Shown here: positions 30,908-43,153 of the stretch, piece after piece
How positions within the stretch are numbered: position 1 is the stretch's first letter
Layout of the letters: every line of letters begins with the position of its first letter
Assembly (NCBI GenBank): GCA_002256025.1
Contig: NKIB01013358.1
Location: 1 to 58,970, forward strand
Direction of reading: 5' to 3'
Source: Asterionella formosa
Lineage: Eukaryota
DNA length: 58,970 nt
Notes under the pieces: generated by a model
Databases searched by the model: none
Seen by the model: the letters and a program-made list of their open reading frames with translations, nothing else
Told to the model about the DNA's origin: nothing
Translations under genes and position numbers: made by a program

Positions 30908-33679
30908 TTACAGAAAGTTGCTAGCAGCGACGCCAAACTGTTGATGTGCGAATGAGCTAAATTGCATACCCAATTTGAAATCATTCGTCTTGATCATGGC
31001 CTTCTTCGGCACCCTAAAGGGCGGGCCGCCCGTTTCCTTTCCTCCGTATATCTCGAACGACCGTTTGGCTTGATAATCGGCCTGTTCCACCGCCGAAGCA
31101 AGTGGCGCGTTCAAGGCCATGTCTGCCATGGATGAGGCTTCCGACCATGCATTTGGGTCATCGTTAATTGGTCGTTTCAGAGATCTATCAACTGCCTCTT
31201 CCATGCGCTGCACAGTCTTCGCTGCATTCCCCATACTTTGTGCTACTTGTCTATGCACCTCGCATCCTAGACGCAAAGATAATGGTGGCTTACTGGCACC
31301 ATGCTGCAAATGCCATAGTCGGACGCCTTGGATATTTTGACGTTGACGAGCACATGTGAGGCCCTTTTCCAATAGGTCCTTCAAGTAAACTTCGGTCGCT
31401 TCCGATAGCATCGCGCATGCCAAGTCTGATTCAGTGGCGTCTTCGTTGAACCAAATGGTTTCGGGCTTTTGCTGCTGTGCCTGTATACTGGTGTTTGGTT
31501 GCGATGGCAACGAAATGCCTTGCACAAGGGGAGCATTTCCAGCGGCAATGGCCCTTCGCTCATGCTTTTGCTCCGGCAATCGAATTCTTGCCCACGCTAT
31601 TCGAGCCGTGACAACATTTCGTTGCGACCACCCACGGGAGGCTGGGGCAAACGTCGGTTTTGGTGCGACAATACCTTCGCCATAGACCAGCGCGCGTTGC
31701 TCTTCTTCCAAATCGACATCGTTTTTGGAACTCAAAAGCAATCCAGTTGTTGTCCAGTCATAATCCACCATGTGATCCAATGAGTCCATAAATTCTGCGT
31801 ATTCCCTTGGTGGCTGCTGTTCGACATCTGCGGGCGATATCTTGGCCGTGACAGTGGGTGGCGTCGTGGTGGCACTGGACTTCCGACTTAGGCTGGGCTG
31901 AGGTAACTTTTTCGCAGCATCTACCTTATTAGATGTAGGAGCACCAGCCGCCTTTTGCTTGCTAGCAACGGCTGTGTTTGTTTGCTTGATGGTTTGAAGT
32001 TGAGCAGTCTGTTCATTTTGAATCTGGGCCAATTTTTGGGCTGCTTGCTGTTGTTTTTGAAGATTCTGCTGTTGCTTCGCTATGTGTTGTTTCTGTATGG
32101 CTCGTTTCTGTTCGTCTCGTTTCTTTTGGGAGAGAGCGGCATTTTTGGAAGCCTCATTTTTCTTTTCGGCTTCATCGACTTGTTGCCGGGTGAGTTCTCG
32201 TGAAGAAGCAGATATAACCACTGTTGCTGCTGGTTGCTGTATTTGCGGTTGAGGCTGTTGTTGAGGAGATGGTCGAGGGGGAAGTTGCTGTGGTAGCTGT
32301 TGTAATTGCTGCTGTACGTGCTGTTGCGATAAGGCACTTGAAGGCAAAACATCAGACACAGCAGCCGCCGCCTTTTTCCTTTTGGCCAATTCCACTTCCT
32401 TTTGCTTCAAAAAGTGGTTCAAATACGTTTCTGCTCGCTTCCAATATGGTTCGCCGACCGTCGATCGAAGTCGCGCCTGCATGCTCGCCGTGACACTTTC
32501 ATACCCCGCCTCCTTGGCCTTGTTCTTTTCAGCACATTCTCGAATAACACTCTTGGCACGAGCATGCATGGCTGGGTCCTTTTGCTCCAGGTACTTCATC
32601 AAGACTCTAGTGAACATGAGAAATTTTTCCTTGCGTTGTTTGGCTTCTCGCTCCAATTTGGCGCGTGCGTGAGCCGCATTGGAGGATGAGGATAATGCAG
32701 TAATGTTACTAGTTCGGACCGTACTTGCAGTGGAATTGGTGGAGGGCGGTCGGTTGGCCTGAAGGGGTGGGGGGAGCTGTGATGTTGGGTTGGGTAAGGA
32801 ATTAGGGCGTGTTGGCACATACTGCTGCTGAGAACTAGGCATTGTTCTCTGTTGTTGTTGAATATGCTGCTGTTGGGGAATCATTGCTCTCGATTGCTGC
32901 TGTTGTTGAACATGTTGCTGCTGCATCTGTGGAGTAATGGCTCTTTGTTGTTGTTGGGGCGGCATAGTCCTCTGCTGTTGCTGTTGCTGTGGAGGTATGG
33001 ATCTCTGTTGTTGCTGTTGTTGTGGAGCATGATGTTTTTGCTGCTGCTGCTGTTGAGAAGAGTAGTGTTGCTGCTGCTTTGGAGGAGCATACTGTTGCTG
33101 TTGTGAAGACGGAGGAGCAGAATGGGGATACTGTTGTTGTTGTTGTTGTTGTTGCTGCTGTTGCTGAGGAGGAGGTATCGTTCGCTGAGTTTGATGCTGC
33201 TGCACTGAATGAGATGATTGCGGTGGAAAGTGCTGTTGCGGAACAATTGACGGTACTTGTGACTGCATTGTTGGCTGTACCATTGTCGTGGAAGGTTGTC
33301 TCTGGATCATAGTTGTGAGTGGGGTGGGCTCAAATGGATCCGGCGGTCTGGTACTGGTTGCAGCTGCATTATTTGTCGACTGAATTAACGCACTTGGCAT
33401 TTGCTGTCTCGGAGGCAGGGGAGCTGGAAGGCGAGAGGCCATTGCTGCTGCGCTTGGTGGCGGCATACTCGCAGACGCAGATGTTGGCGATCGGCTCAAT
33501 GGGGCAGTAGGAGGACGGGGTGCATTATTGGCAGGGTTGTATAGCGACTTGAGACGACCCAACAGGTCGGATTCGGACATATTAGCATCGACTGGAGGTG
33601 GCGGAGCTGGTGGAGCTGCAGCGTTGGTGTCGTCGTCGCTGTCGCTGTCTGCCATGAGCATGGCTTCCATGTCTGCCAT
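30908..33679 (-). CDS. Gln/Pro-rich nuclear protein, TAF4-like (helical RST-like domain + histone-fold-like segment)
   Basis: ORF from ATG 33679 (MADMEAMLM) with polyQ tracts, a helical domain at ~32400-32640, and MLSEATEVYLKDLLEKGLTCARQRQN resembling the TAF4 histone fold. Confidence 0.7.
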   Translation of the reverse strand: MADMEAMLMADSDSDDDTNAAAPPAPPPPVDANMSESDLLGRLKSLYNPANNAPRPPTAPLSRSPTSASASMPPPSAAAMASRLPAPLPPRQQMPSALIQSTNNAAATSTRPPDPFEPTPLTTMIQRQPSTTMVQPTMQSQVPSIVPQQHFPPQSSHSVQQHQTQRTIPPPQQQQQQQQQQQQYPHSAPPSSQQQQYAPPKQQQHYSSQQQQQQKHHAPQQQQQQRSIPPQQQQQQRTMPPQQQQRAITPQMQQQHVQQQQQSRAMIPQQQHIQQQQRTMPSSQQQYVPTRPNSLPNPTSQLPPPLQANRPPSTNSTASTVRTSNITALSSSSNAAHARAKLEREAKQRKEKFLMFTRVLMKYLEQKDPAMHARAKSVIRECAEKNKAKEAGYESVTASMQARLRSTVGEPYWKRAETYLNHFLKQKEVELAKRKKAAAAVSDVLPSSALSQQHVQQQLQQLPQQLPPRPSPQQQPQPQIQQPAATVVISASSRELTRQQVDEAEKKNEASKNAALSQKKRDEQKRAIQKQHIAKQQQNLQKQQQAAQKLAQIQNEQTAQLQTIKQTNTAVASKQKAAGAPTSNKVDAAKKLPQPSLSRKSSATTTPPTVTAKISPADVEQQPPREYAEFMDSLDHMVDYDWTTTGLLLSSKNDVDLEEEQRALVYGEGIVAPKPTFAPASRGWSQRNVVTARIAWARIRLPEQKHERRAIAAGNAPLVQGISLPSQPNTSIQAQQQKPETIWFNEDATESDLACAMLSEATEVYLKDLLEKGLTCARQRQNIQGVRLWHLQHGASKPPLSLRLGCEVHRQVAQSMGNAAKTVQRMEEAVDRSLKRPINDDPNAWSEASSMADMALNAPLASAVEQADYQAKRSFEIYGGKETGGPPFRVPKKAMIKTNDFKLGMQFSSFAHQQFGVAASNFL

Positions 33680-33889
33680 TTTGCCGTTGTGTGCCTTTTT
33701 GTTGCACTGCTGCAGATAGATTTTGGAACGGGGATGAGTCGACAAAACCACTGAACCGCGTAGTGAAGTGAACTGCGCTTTTCTGCGGAATCAAAGATAG
33801 ATCGACAATGATCGAAGGATGCTAATGAATCAAAGGAAGGAACAAACAATATTTGTCTGATGAACGAAAACGTTCATGAAATGCTCGAG

Positions 33890-34880
33890 CATACCGGTAG
33901 TGCCAGGTACTCTAGGTACAATCTACCGGTATGTACCGTACTACCGGTAAATCGGTATATAAGAAACCGGCATCCTGTGGAAGGATAAAGACAAACGTGC
34001 TGTTAATTTAGTCCTGATGGTGTACATAGCTGGTATACCAGGTACCAGGTACCCAACTAACGCTGGTACCATGGTACCGGTAACGGTATCATAGTACCTG
34101 ATACCCCGGATAACGTTTTGTACTCCAGTATACGGTAAAAACATTTTCTATAATATACCGTATTCGGTTATGAAAAATAATGTATATGTATGTATATATA
34201 TATGTATTTGTTAATGTATGTTTTTATCGGTAGAGGAAGTATTGTATGTATCTGCGTCGTCTTTTTACCCACAGAATACCGATAAACATATCTTTATACC
34301 GTTATGTAGTAGTGATTAGTAAGTATTAGAATACCTTGTACCGGTTGTCTACCTAGTACTGGTACCAGGGGTACCGGTAAGTAGTCTAGTCTATAATTAT
34401 GTGATGGTGCACGTAAGAATAGTTTTTACCAGTACACAGAACCTGGTAGTACCTGGGACCATACCAGTTACTGTGCACCCCTGCACAGCCATAAGATACG
34501 AACCAGAGTCTGAGTACATATGTACCGGTATGACTGTTTCGAGGGCAGCGAGCACAGCCATACGACTAGCAGGGCGGGCTCAAATCACAAAAACACGACG
34601 ACAACCAAGGCAAAGCAATATGACAACAAACGACGTTCTTTTCTACATACGCCTATCATAGCCTTAAACGACATGTACCGGTAGCGCCATTGATGCTGAA
34701 CAAACCCATCATTGTGCTTAGCTACCGGTCTGTTGTACCGGTAGTACCAGGTACCAGGTACCATGGTATCACCTCCTGCGCGCCTGGACCTGGTTCTGGA
34801 ATAAACACGGTACCTGGTACGTGGTACTCGGTACCAGATACACTACCAGGTAGGTACCTGGTACCGACCAGTACTACGGT
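33890..34880. repeat. TACC(W)GGTA palindromic motif fields between two divergent genes
   Basis: Repeated ggtaccaggtacc, taccggta and acctggtac words at 33890-34130, 34340-34380 and 34720-34880. Confidence 0.8.
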
Positions 34881-34938
34881 AAACTTGCTGGCATCCAGCT
34901 TCCTGGCATTTGTGCCGATCCATAGTCAGCCACTCACC

Positions 34939-37900
34939 ATGCCCGCCCCCAAGAATGCCAACGAGACTTACTGTACGTTCACACTCGGTTCCGATGTGAC
35001 AGCAGGAGGTCTTCCATCGGAGGCAGAGATTGCCAAGGATTTGGAGTCCAACGATGACAATGTCAAGGTGTGTAGACGATGAAGACCCGGAGGTCGACGA
35101 TATCCTTTCATCAAGACAACGACTGCGCGATAGAAATGGAAGGTGTATGGATGAATGTAGCAGGAAGTGGTTGCAGTGTACGAACTTGATCCAATTATCT
35201 GCTCATGTGCTTGGAGTGATGATTAGATTGCGATGAGATGGCTCTATGGGTGCAACGGCGATCGCTTACAGCTCGTGCGGCTGACCAAGACGAATTACTA
35301 ATGCATTCTGTTTTCCAAAAACACGCTACAATGGCGAACAACAGATTCTCGCTCTTCGAGCCGCAATCATGGCTATGCTGGGCGGCGAGGCCATGCCTCG
35401 CATTCTCATGCAGGTCATTCGCTTTTGCATCAATTCTAACAACAAGCAACTCAAGAAGCTCTGCATGCTTTACTGGGAAGTAGTCCCAAAGTACCAAGAA
35501 CCTACGTCGGAAGAAATTTTGGCTGCTGCTGGGGGAAACGTTCCTCGCAAAATGCTTCCGGAAATGTTGCTCGTCTGTAACTGCCTCATGAATGATTTGA
35601 ACCATCCTAATGAATATGTTCGTGGAAGTATGTTGAGATTCTTGTGCAAGGTCAAAGATGAGGAAATTTTGGGACCACTCATTCCTTCCATCAAGGCATG
35701 CTTGGAACACCGTCACCCTTATGTTCGCAAGAATGCTGCGCTGGCCGTTTTTCATGCACATCGTCTCCATGCTGATGTCTTGATTCCAGATGGACCGGAA
35801 CTCATGGCTGCCTTTTTGGCCTTGGAAACTGACATTGCAGCACGCCGCAATGCATTTCTCATGATGTTTAACGAAGCAGAAGATTTGGCGATTCAATTCT
35901 TGGCTACTCATTTAGATCAAGTTGGAGAGTACGGCGATGGATTCGCGCTGCTGGTTCTGGAATTGACCAGGAAGATTTGCAGACGGGATCCTTCGCAGAA
36001 GTCACGCTTTGTCCGTGTCTTGTTTCAAATGTTGGCTTCCACCTCTCCAGCGGTCAGCTACGAAGCAGCTTGGACCCTGGTCAGTCTCTCAAGCGCACCC
36101 ACTGCTGTCCGAGCGGCAGCAGTCACTTATACGACACTTCTCAATAGTTCACAGGACAACAACGTCAAGATGATTGTCCTGGAACGATTGGAGGACTTGA
36201 AGGGTAAACACAGCAAGGTTTTGCAAGAATTGCTCATGGATATCCTTCGGGCCCTTTCGTCGCCCAATCCAGACATTTGCAAAAAAGTTCTGGAAGTTGC
36301 CATGGACGTTGTCACGTCCCGAAATGTTCAGGATGTTGTCTCCACGCTCAAGCGTGAAGTCACCAAAACTGCAGCAGAACAAGACAATAATGTCGAAGCC
36401 AAGGGTACTGTTTACCGAAACATGTTGATCCGTGCCATTCATAGCTGTGCCGTGCGATTTCCAAATGTGGCGGAATCTGTTGTTCACACATTGATGGATT
36501 TCTTGAGCTCGGACGGAGGTATGCAAGTGGTCATTTTTGTTCGAGGTATCGTTGAACAGTATCCAGAATTGCGTCCTGCTATTTTGACCAAATTAATTAA
36601 CGTCTTTGATGAAGTTTCATCCAACCAAGTCATGTGTGTGTGCTTGTGGATTTTAGGAGAGTATTGCGAAGATGGTGTCAAGATTGAAGAAGCTTTCGAT
36701 GTAGTCGTGGGCCAACTCGGCGAGCCCTCTTTTGTCCTCAAGGCCGAAGAGCAAGAAGCTGCTAAGGCTGCAGCTGAAGCGGCGGCGGCACCAAAGAAGA
36801 TGGTGACAAAAAATGTTGTCTTGGCGGATGGAACGTATGCAACGCAGACAATTTATTCTGAGCCACCCAAGGTTGAAATTAACAGTACCACTCATCTTCG
36901 CAAAATGTTGATTGGTGGCGACGTCTTTTTGGGAAGTCTTGTTGGGTCGTGTTTAACCAAACTGTGTCTTCGTGCGGGTGATATTCCTCCCTTTGATCAA
37001 GTCAAGTTGAAGAAAATGACTGTTGATGCCCTCTTATACATGTGTGCCATTGTGAAAATGGCGGAATTGACGGTTTCGGCCCAGCGTTCATCCTTGGCCG
37101 ATTGTTCCGAGCGCATATCCCTCCTGTGTCGTGTCTTGCTCGATCCCAAGGCCAAGGCATTGCTCAAACATACCATTCTTGTAGAAACCCGGGTTACTTT
37201 CGGACAATTTTTAGCAACATTGAAGGAAAAAGAAATTAAGGACAATAAAAAGGAAGAATCTGAAGAGATTACCACGCAAGCGGACGACTTGATTCATTTC
37301 CGTCAGCTTCGTTCCATGGCCGTCCAAGGTGGGGATGTGGATCTGGATGATGGTGCAGATTTGGCACGTGCTACTGGTTACACTGATTCCGGGTCCAGAT
37401 TGGAAACGGAATTGCGCCATGTCTATCAGCTATCTGGGTTCGCGGATCCTGTGTATGCCGAAGCCCTGGTTACTGTTCATGATTATGATATTGTCTTGGA
37501 GATTTTGGTGATCAATCGTACCCCTAGCACATTGGCAAACTTGACTGTTGAGTTGTCGACAATGGGCGATATGAAGATTGTTGAACGCCCTCAGTCTCAC
37601 AATATTGGTCCATTGGATCAATTGACAATTCGTGCATCTATCAAAGTTTCCTCCACCGAAACTGGCCACATCTTTGGAACGATTGTCTATGAAGACACGG
37701 CTACTTTGGAAAAGGGGTACATCAATTTGAACGACATTCACATGGACATTATGGACTACATTCGACCTGCTACGTGCACGGATGAATCGTTTCGCGCGAT
37801 GTGGGCTGAATTTGAATGGGAAAACAAGGTGGCAATTTCGACATCCATTCCCGACTTGGTCACATTCTTAGCGCACATTGTGTCTTCTACCAACATGACG

Positions 37901-38378
37901 TGCTTGACACCTCATGATCCTAATGAGAAGGGATCCTTCTTGGCTGCAAACTTGTATGCCCGCAGGTGAGTTTTATGTTGTTCTTTCGTTTTGAGTGTGC
38001 TTTCCCGGACTTCGTGTTGGATGTTGCGCCAAATATCAGGGCCCTTATCCGTTAATTCCGGGGCAAATTACTACTTCCTTTGGGTGAATGTAGATGCCGT
38101 CAAGGCATCCGTTCATCTGCTTTGTCAACCCTATTGCAAACATGATCTGCTTGTCGGTAGTTGATTGTGTATCGTGTGTCTGACACAAGTTTTGTTCTGT
38201 CTCAAGTGTTTTCGGTGAAGATGCTCTTGTGAATGTGTCCGTTGAGAAGAAGGATGATAATGATGGCAAGCTTGCTGGTTACATTCGCATCCGTTCCAAG
38301 ACACAGGGCATTGCCCTGTCTTTGGGAGACCGTATCACGGGTGTCCAGCGAGGATTATCTATGAACAAGAAGAATTAG
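34939..38378 (+). CDS. COPB1: coatomer subunit beta; exons 34939-35067, 35345-37965, 38207-38378
   Basis: [67 protein letters not shown] and [16 protein letters not shown]. Two GT-AG introns restore the frame. Confidence 0.97.
35210..35289 (+). ncRNA. candidate intronic box C/D snoRNA in COPB1 intron 1
   Basis: CTTGG-A-GTGATGA (box C) ... CTGA (box D)-CCAAG with a 5-bp terminal stem; ends ~55 nt upstream of the 3' splice site. No target identified. Confidence 0.35.
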
Positions 38379-38488
38379 TAGAACACGTGGGTTTTAGTGA
38401 TTAAGGATAATTTCTAAAGTGAATTAATGATACCATTCAAATCTGACTTTTCGTCATGGCGTATTCTGGGGAGCTTTGTCGTTGCGCG

Positions 38489-39325
38489 TTATGACCTTTT
38501 CGCTCTCAACCAAGTCGTGGCTTGGGTTGATGCAACTCCACCGAAATGCCCGTTAGTCGACCCTGTTAAGCCTGTCATGTTGAATGTGCTACTTCTCTTC
38601 TTTGTGAGGCCTTCGATTGCAAATATACTATATTCGATATCTTCACAGTCACCTACACATGCCTTGCGAAGCAAAATTGAAGTGACACCCATGCCTTTCA
38701 ATTCCTTAGCCCGTTCCACTTCGGCGTTACCGCCTTGCATGGCATGTACGGCAGCAATAACAACTGAGCCGGATGGGATTGATCCAAGAATTACTTCAAC
38801 ATCCGGAAGATCTGCATCGACCAAGAATGCATCGCCGCCACTGACTTTGGCCACTTCATCGACCGATTCGACTCGACGAATGACTGCAACATCTCGTGTT
38901 GCAACGTCAACACCAGCCTTGACCACAATTGCCGTAACTCCACCCTGAGCTGCTGCACATACATTGTCTCCAGTGTAAATCACTGGGCACGGACCGGGAA
39001 AGTTTCCTTGGGCCGAACCTTGTTCTTTGGCAAACTCAATCGCGGCAAGAAGTTCGCTGGTAACCAAGGCGGATGCCTTGCATTGGCGAAGCTGCATGGA
39101 AAGTGTCTGCAGTTGGGATGGTGAAGCAACTTCAATTGGAGCATATTCCAGTGCAACAGCCAAAGTTTTGCTGTTCTTTCTCATGGCATCAATTATGACT
39201 TGGTTCGAAACGCTCATTGTGGACATGGTAAGGCGCGAACTGTATTCAGGCTTGGGAGGTAACAGAACAAACGCCGTGGTTGTCACCACCAATGAAGCGA
39301 CAATGAGAGATTGAACGTGTATCAT
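38489..39325 (-). CDS. plastid-targeted TIM-barrel protein, indole-3-glycerol-phosphate-synthase-like (degenerate)
   Basis: MIHVQSLIVASLVVTTTA-FVLLP signal peptide with +1 Phe. AMRKNSKTLAVALEY...SMQLRQCKASALVT and FPGPCPVIY resemble the IGPS N-terminal barrel strands. Confidence 0.75.
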   Translation of the reverse strand: MIHVQSLIVASLVVTTTAFVLLPPKPEYSSRLTMSTMSVSNQVIIDAMRKNSKTLAVALEYAPIEVASPSQLQTLSMQLRQCKASALVTSELLAAIEFAKEQGSAQGNFPGPCPVIYTGDNVCAAAQGGVTAIVVKAGVDVATRDVAVIRRVESVDEVAKVSGGDAFLVDADLPDVEVILGSIPSGSVVIAAVHAMQGGNAEVERAKELKGMGVTSILLRKACVGDCEDIEYSIFAIEGLTKKRSSTFNMTGLTGSTNGHFGGVASTQATTWLRAKRS

Positions 39326-40249
39326 GACGCTGTGATGACGTGTGATCAATGTTGAATGAATCAATGAGAAAGTAACACTTCGATTGCAACAAGAAGGAGG
39401 ATGTTGATTTGTAGGGATACAGAGGCAATTGGTATTGTCATGATTACCGGTCTGCCGATATGCTTCTTTCTGTTCAGCAAAACGACGTACGTGCGCCATC
39501 CCGCTCGCGGCTCACATTCTCCTTGTTGTGCGTTGGTTTTTACCTGTCGTGCTACTTACGATTCCCTCGAGTATCTGGTACATGGTGTGACCTGGTAAGA
39601 AGTAAAAACCTGCCATGACCCATTGACTTGGGTATTTGTTTCTCTCCTCCAACTGAAGGGAAATTCTACCAAATTGCAGACCCATTTGTTTGATAGTGTC
39701 AGAGAAGGATGGATCAATCAAGCTGTCATGTTAAAATTCTCATTGAATGATCTCTTCAGAAGATACGATGATTATGAAACAGCTAAAATGTGATTTCAAT
39801 GATGATGGGTCACAGCAGTATATACTTTTTTCTAAATAAATTTGTTTACATTTTCGAGGATGGATTAGGCCATGTTTTAAAGCACTTGTCAGAGCATTGC
39901 CACCTCACCGAAAAATCCAAAGCCAATCGCAGTTGAAAATATCAATACATGTCACTTGGTCAAGAATTTTTTAATCAATAGTCGAAATTTTAAAAGATTT
40001 CCCACTGCATCAACCAAATCCTATAATAGTCAAAACTCGCGACTAAATTTTTAGCCAAAAAATAAAGGTAGACTGTAGTTACATGTGTAATACCCTTAAT
40101 TCATGAAGCAGCTGCACACTTACCTTATCCTTACATAGCTAGCAATGCGCTTATCTGGCACTGCCCATAAAAATACTATGACTATGTACTTGAATATTGG
40201 TCAAAGAGAATAGATCACTTTTTTGCTGCTTTTGTCCCCATGGGATGCC

Positions 40250-40644
40250 GCAACTCTATTAACTCAGACCCTTCTTTGTGATGTGCTGTTAATCTTGGAT
40301 ATATCCACACCCACCCTTCCACTTTGGGGCTTCCTTCAGAATTCGCAAACACCCTTCAAACATGAACTCTCTAACCAGTTTCCTTCCTTTTCCCTCTTAT
40401 TTAAATAGCTCCCTAGCTTCTTCAAGGTAGTTGTAGTCTGTCCATCCAGACTTAGCAATTGAAGTAACCTGTGAATAGAGGCCGCAAAACTTTGTCACAT
40501 CTTGAATGATTTCTCCCCATTGGGTAGTGCACACCATTGAGGTGCTATCCTTCCTATCTGGGATAAGCTCAAGCAACATGAATACCCTGCCCCGAAACTT
40601 GCTTGCTTTCTGACCAGTCCCAGTGATTGCGTCGCCACTTGCTG

Positions 40645-40681
<37 letters not shown>

Positions 40682-41170
40682 TGACAAGGAGAGGGTAAGG
40701 CGCAACAAGCAGGAATGGTGGCTGCTGGTTGCCTTGCTGATTGGTTTTCATGAATCTGGTAAGCAGTGCCGCCATGATCTAGTTTGTGGGGATGGTGTAA
40801 GTCGCCTTGGCGGCTATAACATCACACCATTGATCTTAAATCTGTCACAGACATCGGTTCATCTATTTTTCTTTGTTCCTTCAAAGCCAGAACTTTCATT
40901 TCAAGGGTCGCAAATCCTTGTGACTTTTTACTTCTTTCGCATGTATCATATCATCTTGCCTTTTCTTCCATTCCTGAGTGGCAGCCAGAATATTGGGTCC
41001 AAGTGCAAACAATTTAGCTGGTGCTAGTAGACCAGCAGTGATCCTCTTCTAATGCCCCTCAATGTGCGAATCTGTTGTTTCTTTTCGGTTTATTTATTGC
41101 TTGCCCTTCCTGGTCAACTCCATTTCGGATCATCATGCATGCTTCTGTTGCTTCTTTCAATGTATCTTGC
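40250..41170 (-). pseudogene. Harbinger-associated Myb/SANT (NAM-associated-like) ORF remnant, containing a (CAG)n tract
   Basis: Minus strand QWGEIIQDVTKFCGLYSQVTSIAKSGWTDYNYLEEARELFK*...REFMFEGCLRILKEAPKW matches the W..I...V.KF.G.Y...SG...A..LF...F.F..C..IL...PKW pattern. Confidence 0.65.
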
Positions 41171-41214
41171 AAATCAACAAATAAGATCAACAACAATAAA
41201 TTTTCAAAGTTTAG

Positions 41215-41935
41215 GCATTGATACATACATCGTTCCTTGTCTAGATAGATATAATCGAACCAAAATAGCAGTACAGAATAACGAAAACGACAGAAGCGAT
41301 CAAAATGTTCTATGGAAGCAGCTATGAAATCGCAAGTTGGCTGGACAAATAGCAGCTACATTTGTTCCACATGCAGTGTTTCACTGTCATACTTGCCAAT
41401 CCGCTCTAACTAACATAACAAGCAGACATAACAAGCAGCAGACAATGGTATCAAGAAAAAGTTGAAAGGTCCCAGTTACAATCCCGAATTGAAGAACGGT
41501 AGGCAGGATAGAGTGAGAATTATCATTGTGAGGACAAAATCGGGCATATGGTAGGAAAAATCAATGAATATGTAAACTACATAATTTAACATTATGGTCT
41601 TGTAAAGATAATACCAAGTTTACAGGATAAATATTTTAACATGTTCAAAGTACACAGTAAAGTTTAGTTGAAACCAGCATGCATGGTTGTTTCTAGTACC
41701 ATGCGTGTGTAGACTAGCTAAATGACTAGAATATCCGTTAAGCAAATAAATGACCAGCGCAAAAGCTTTGCCAACATCAGATTTATTGGAATCATCATTT
41801 GTCCAAAAAATATGTACAATGCGACAACATGATAACCACGAGAAGAAGAGCAATCCAACAACCAACCACATCTATTTGACAACGAATTGCTACATGCATC
41901 ATCATTGAACTCGTTTCGATTCAGACTGGGCAGTG
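41215..41935 (-). repeat. dispersed repeat, inverted relative of 53160-53870
   Basis: Colinear diverged match, e.g. aacagatgcggttggttgttggattgc, atatgcccgattt(c/t)gtcctcacaat, ctcactctatcctg, ttttgatcgcttc. Confidence 0.85.
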
Positions 41936-42500
41936 TGTTGTATACTGTGTAAGTACAATGCGACGGAAATGGTCTGTCTGGATCGGATTTGCATGTGTAG
42001 ACATTGTCAAAAGCTTTACTCAATTTAATGATGTTGTTGGTTGGATTTTGGTCATTTTGGTCTATCCCCATGAGTTTCTTGTCGATTCCTGTGGTTCTCT
42101 CATCTGCTTGTAGCGTGTTTTATACTTTGTAGGTACCGTGCAACGGAAACGGTCTGTTTGGATCTGATTTGGATGCTTGGATAGTATTGTCAAAAGCCTT
42201 ACTCAATTTAATGATGCTGTTAGTTGGATTTTGATCATTTTGGTCAATCTCCATGAGTTTCTTGTCGATTCCTGTGGTTCTTTCATCTGATTGTAATGTG
42301 TTGTATACTGTGTAGGTAAGGTTTGATAAAAACGGTCTGTCTGAATCTGATTTGGATGCTTGGATAGTATCATCAAAAGCCTTACTCAATTTAATGATGC
42401 TGTCAGTGGGATTTTGATCATTTTGGTCGATCTCCATGAGTTTCTTGTCAATTCCTGTGGTTCTCTCATCTGCTTGTTGCGTGTTGTATACGTTGTAGAG
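41935..42500 (-). repeat. three tandem 180-183-bp units (60-61-codon in-frame repeat)
   Basis: Anchor tatac recurs at 41941, 42121, 42304 and 42487; translates as repeated ERTTGIDKKLMEIDQNDQNPT.SIIKLSKAFD. Confidence 0.9.
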
Positions 42501-43153
42501 GCAGTGGTGCTGAAATGGACTCAGTTGATGGTGCAGCTGTAAATAAACATCATCCTCCATTGTGAGAGGGGGTGCTTATCAGTGCTAGTACTAGTAGTAG
42601 GATTGCTGTAATAGTATTAGCATTTTTTCTTCTAATTTCATTTGGGTGCTTCGACAAAATTGTGCGCTAATACCGCTATTACTATCTACTAAATAAATTA
42701 TAACTGAGATAAACAATGTCATATGTTGGCTACAACTCGAACCATAAGCCCGAAATTCTTCAATGATGCAAATACCAGTGTTAGTACCAGTTACTGAAAA
42801 TTGAGCGTTCTAGTACAGAAGAAGCATGTTACCAGGTACCAGGGACAACCCTTTCGATCACATATCACGAGAATGATAATTTAAGGGTAATACCAAGATT
42901 CGATCGTTGTGCTTGCAGATTTTATTTGAGTTGAAGTTCAGCCCTCGATTAATTTGCTGTCATCCCAGGAAGACATGATCAGAAAAAGTTCACGAGAAGA
43001 TCGATACAACATACATGTAGATACGGGGAAAATAGTTGAACAGGAAGGTCACATTCCTTCAAATAAATTGGAAAGAACTACGTAGCTCCATACGAAATAA
43101 TGCTAGCTTACGGTACACTATTTCACGAGACGTTGTTAAAGGGCCAAACGGCA

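Noticed and set aside
33858..33900. Hammerhead ribozyme (CTGATGA...GAAA...TA)
   Set aside because: Stem II does not close next to GAAA, a competing atgaacg/cgttcat hairpin sequesters the core, and stem I cannot form.
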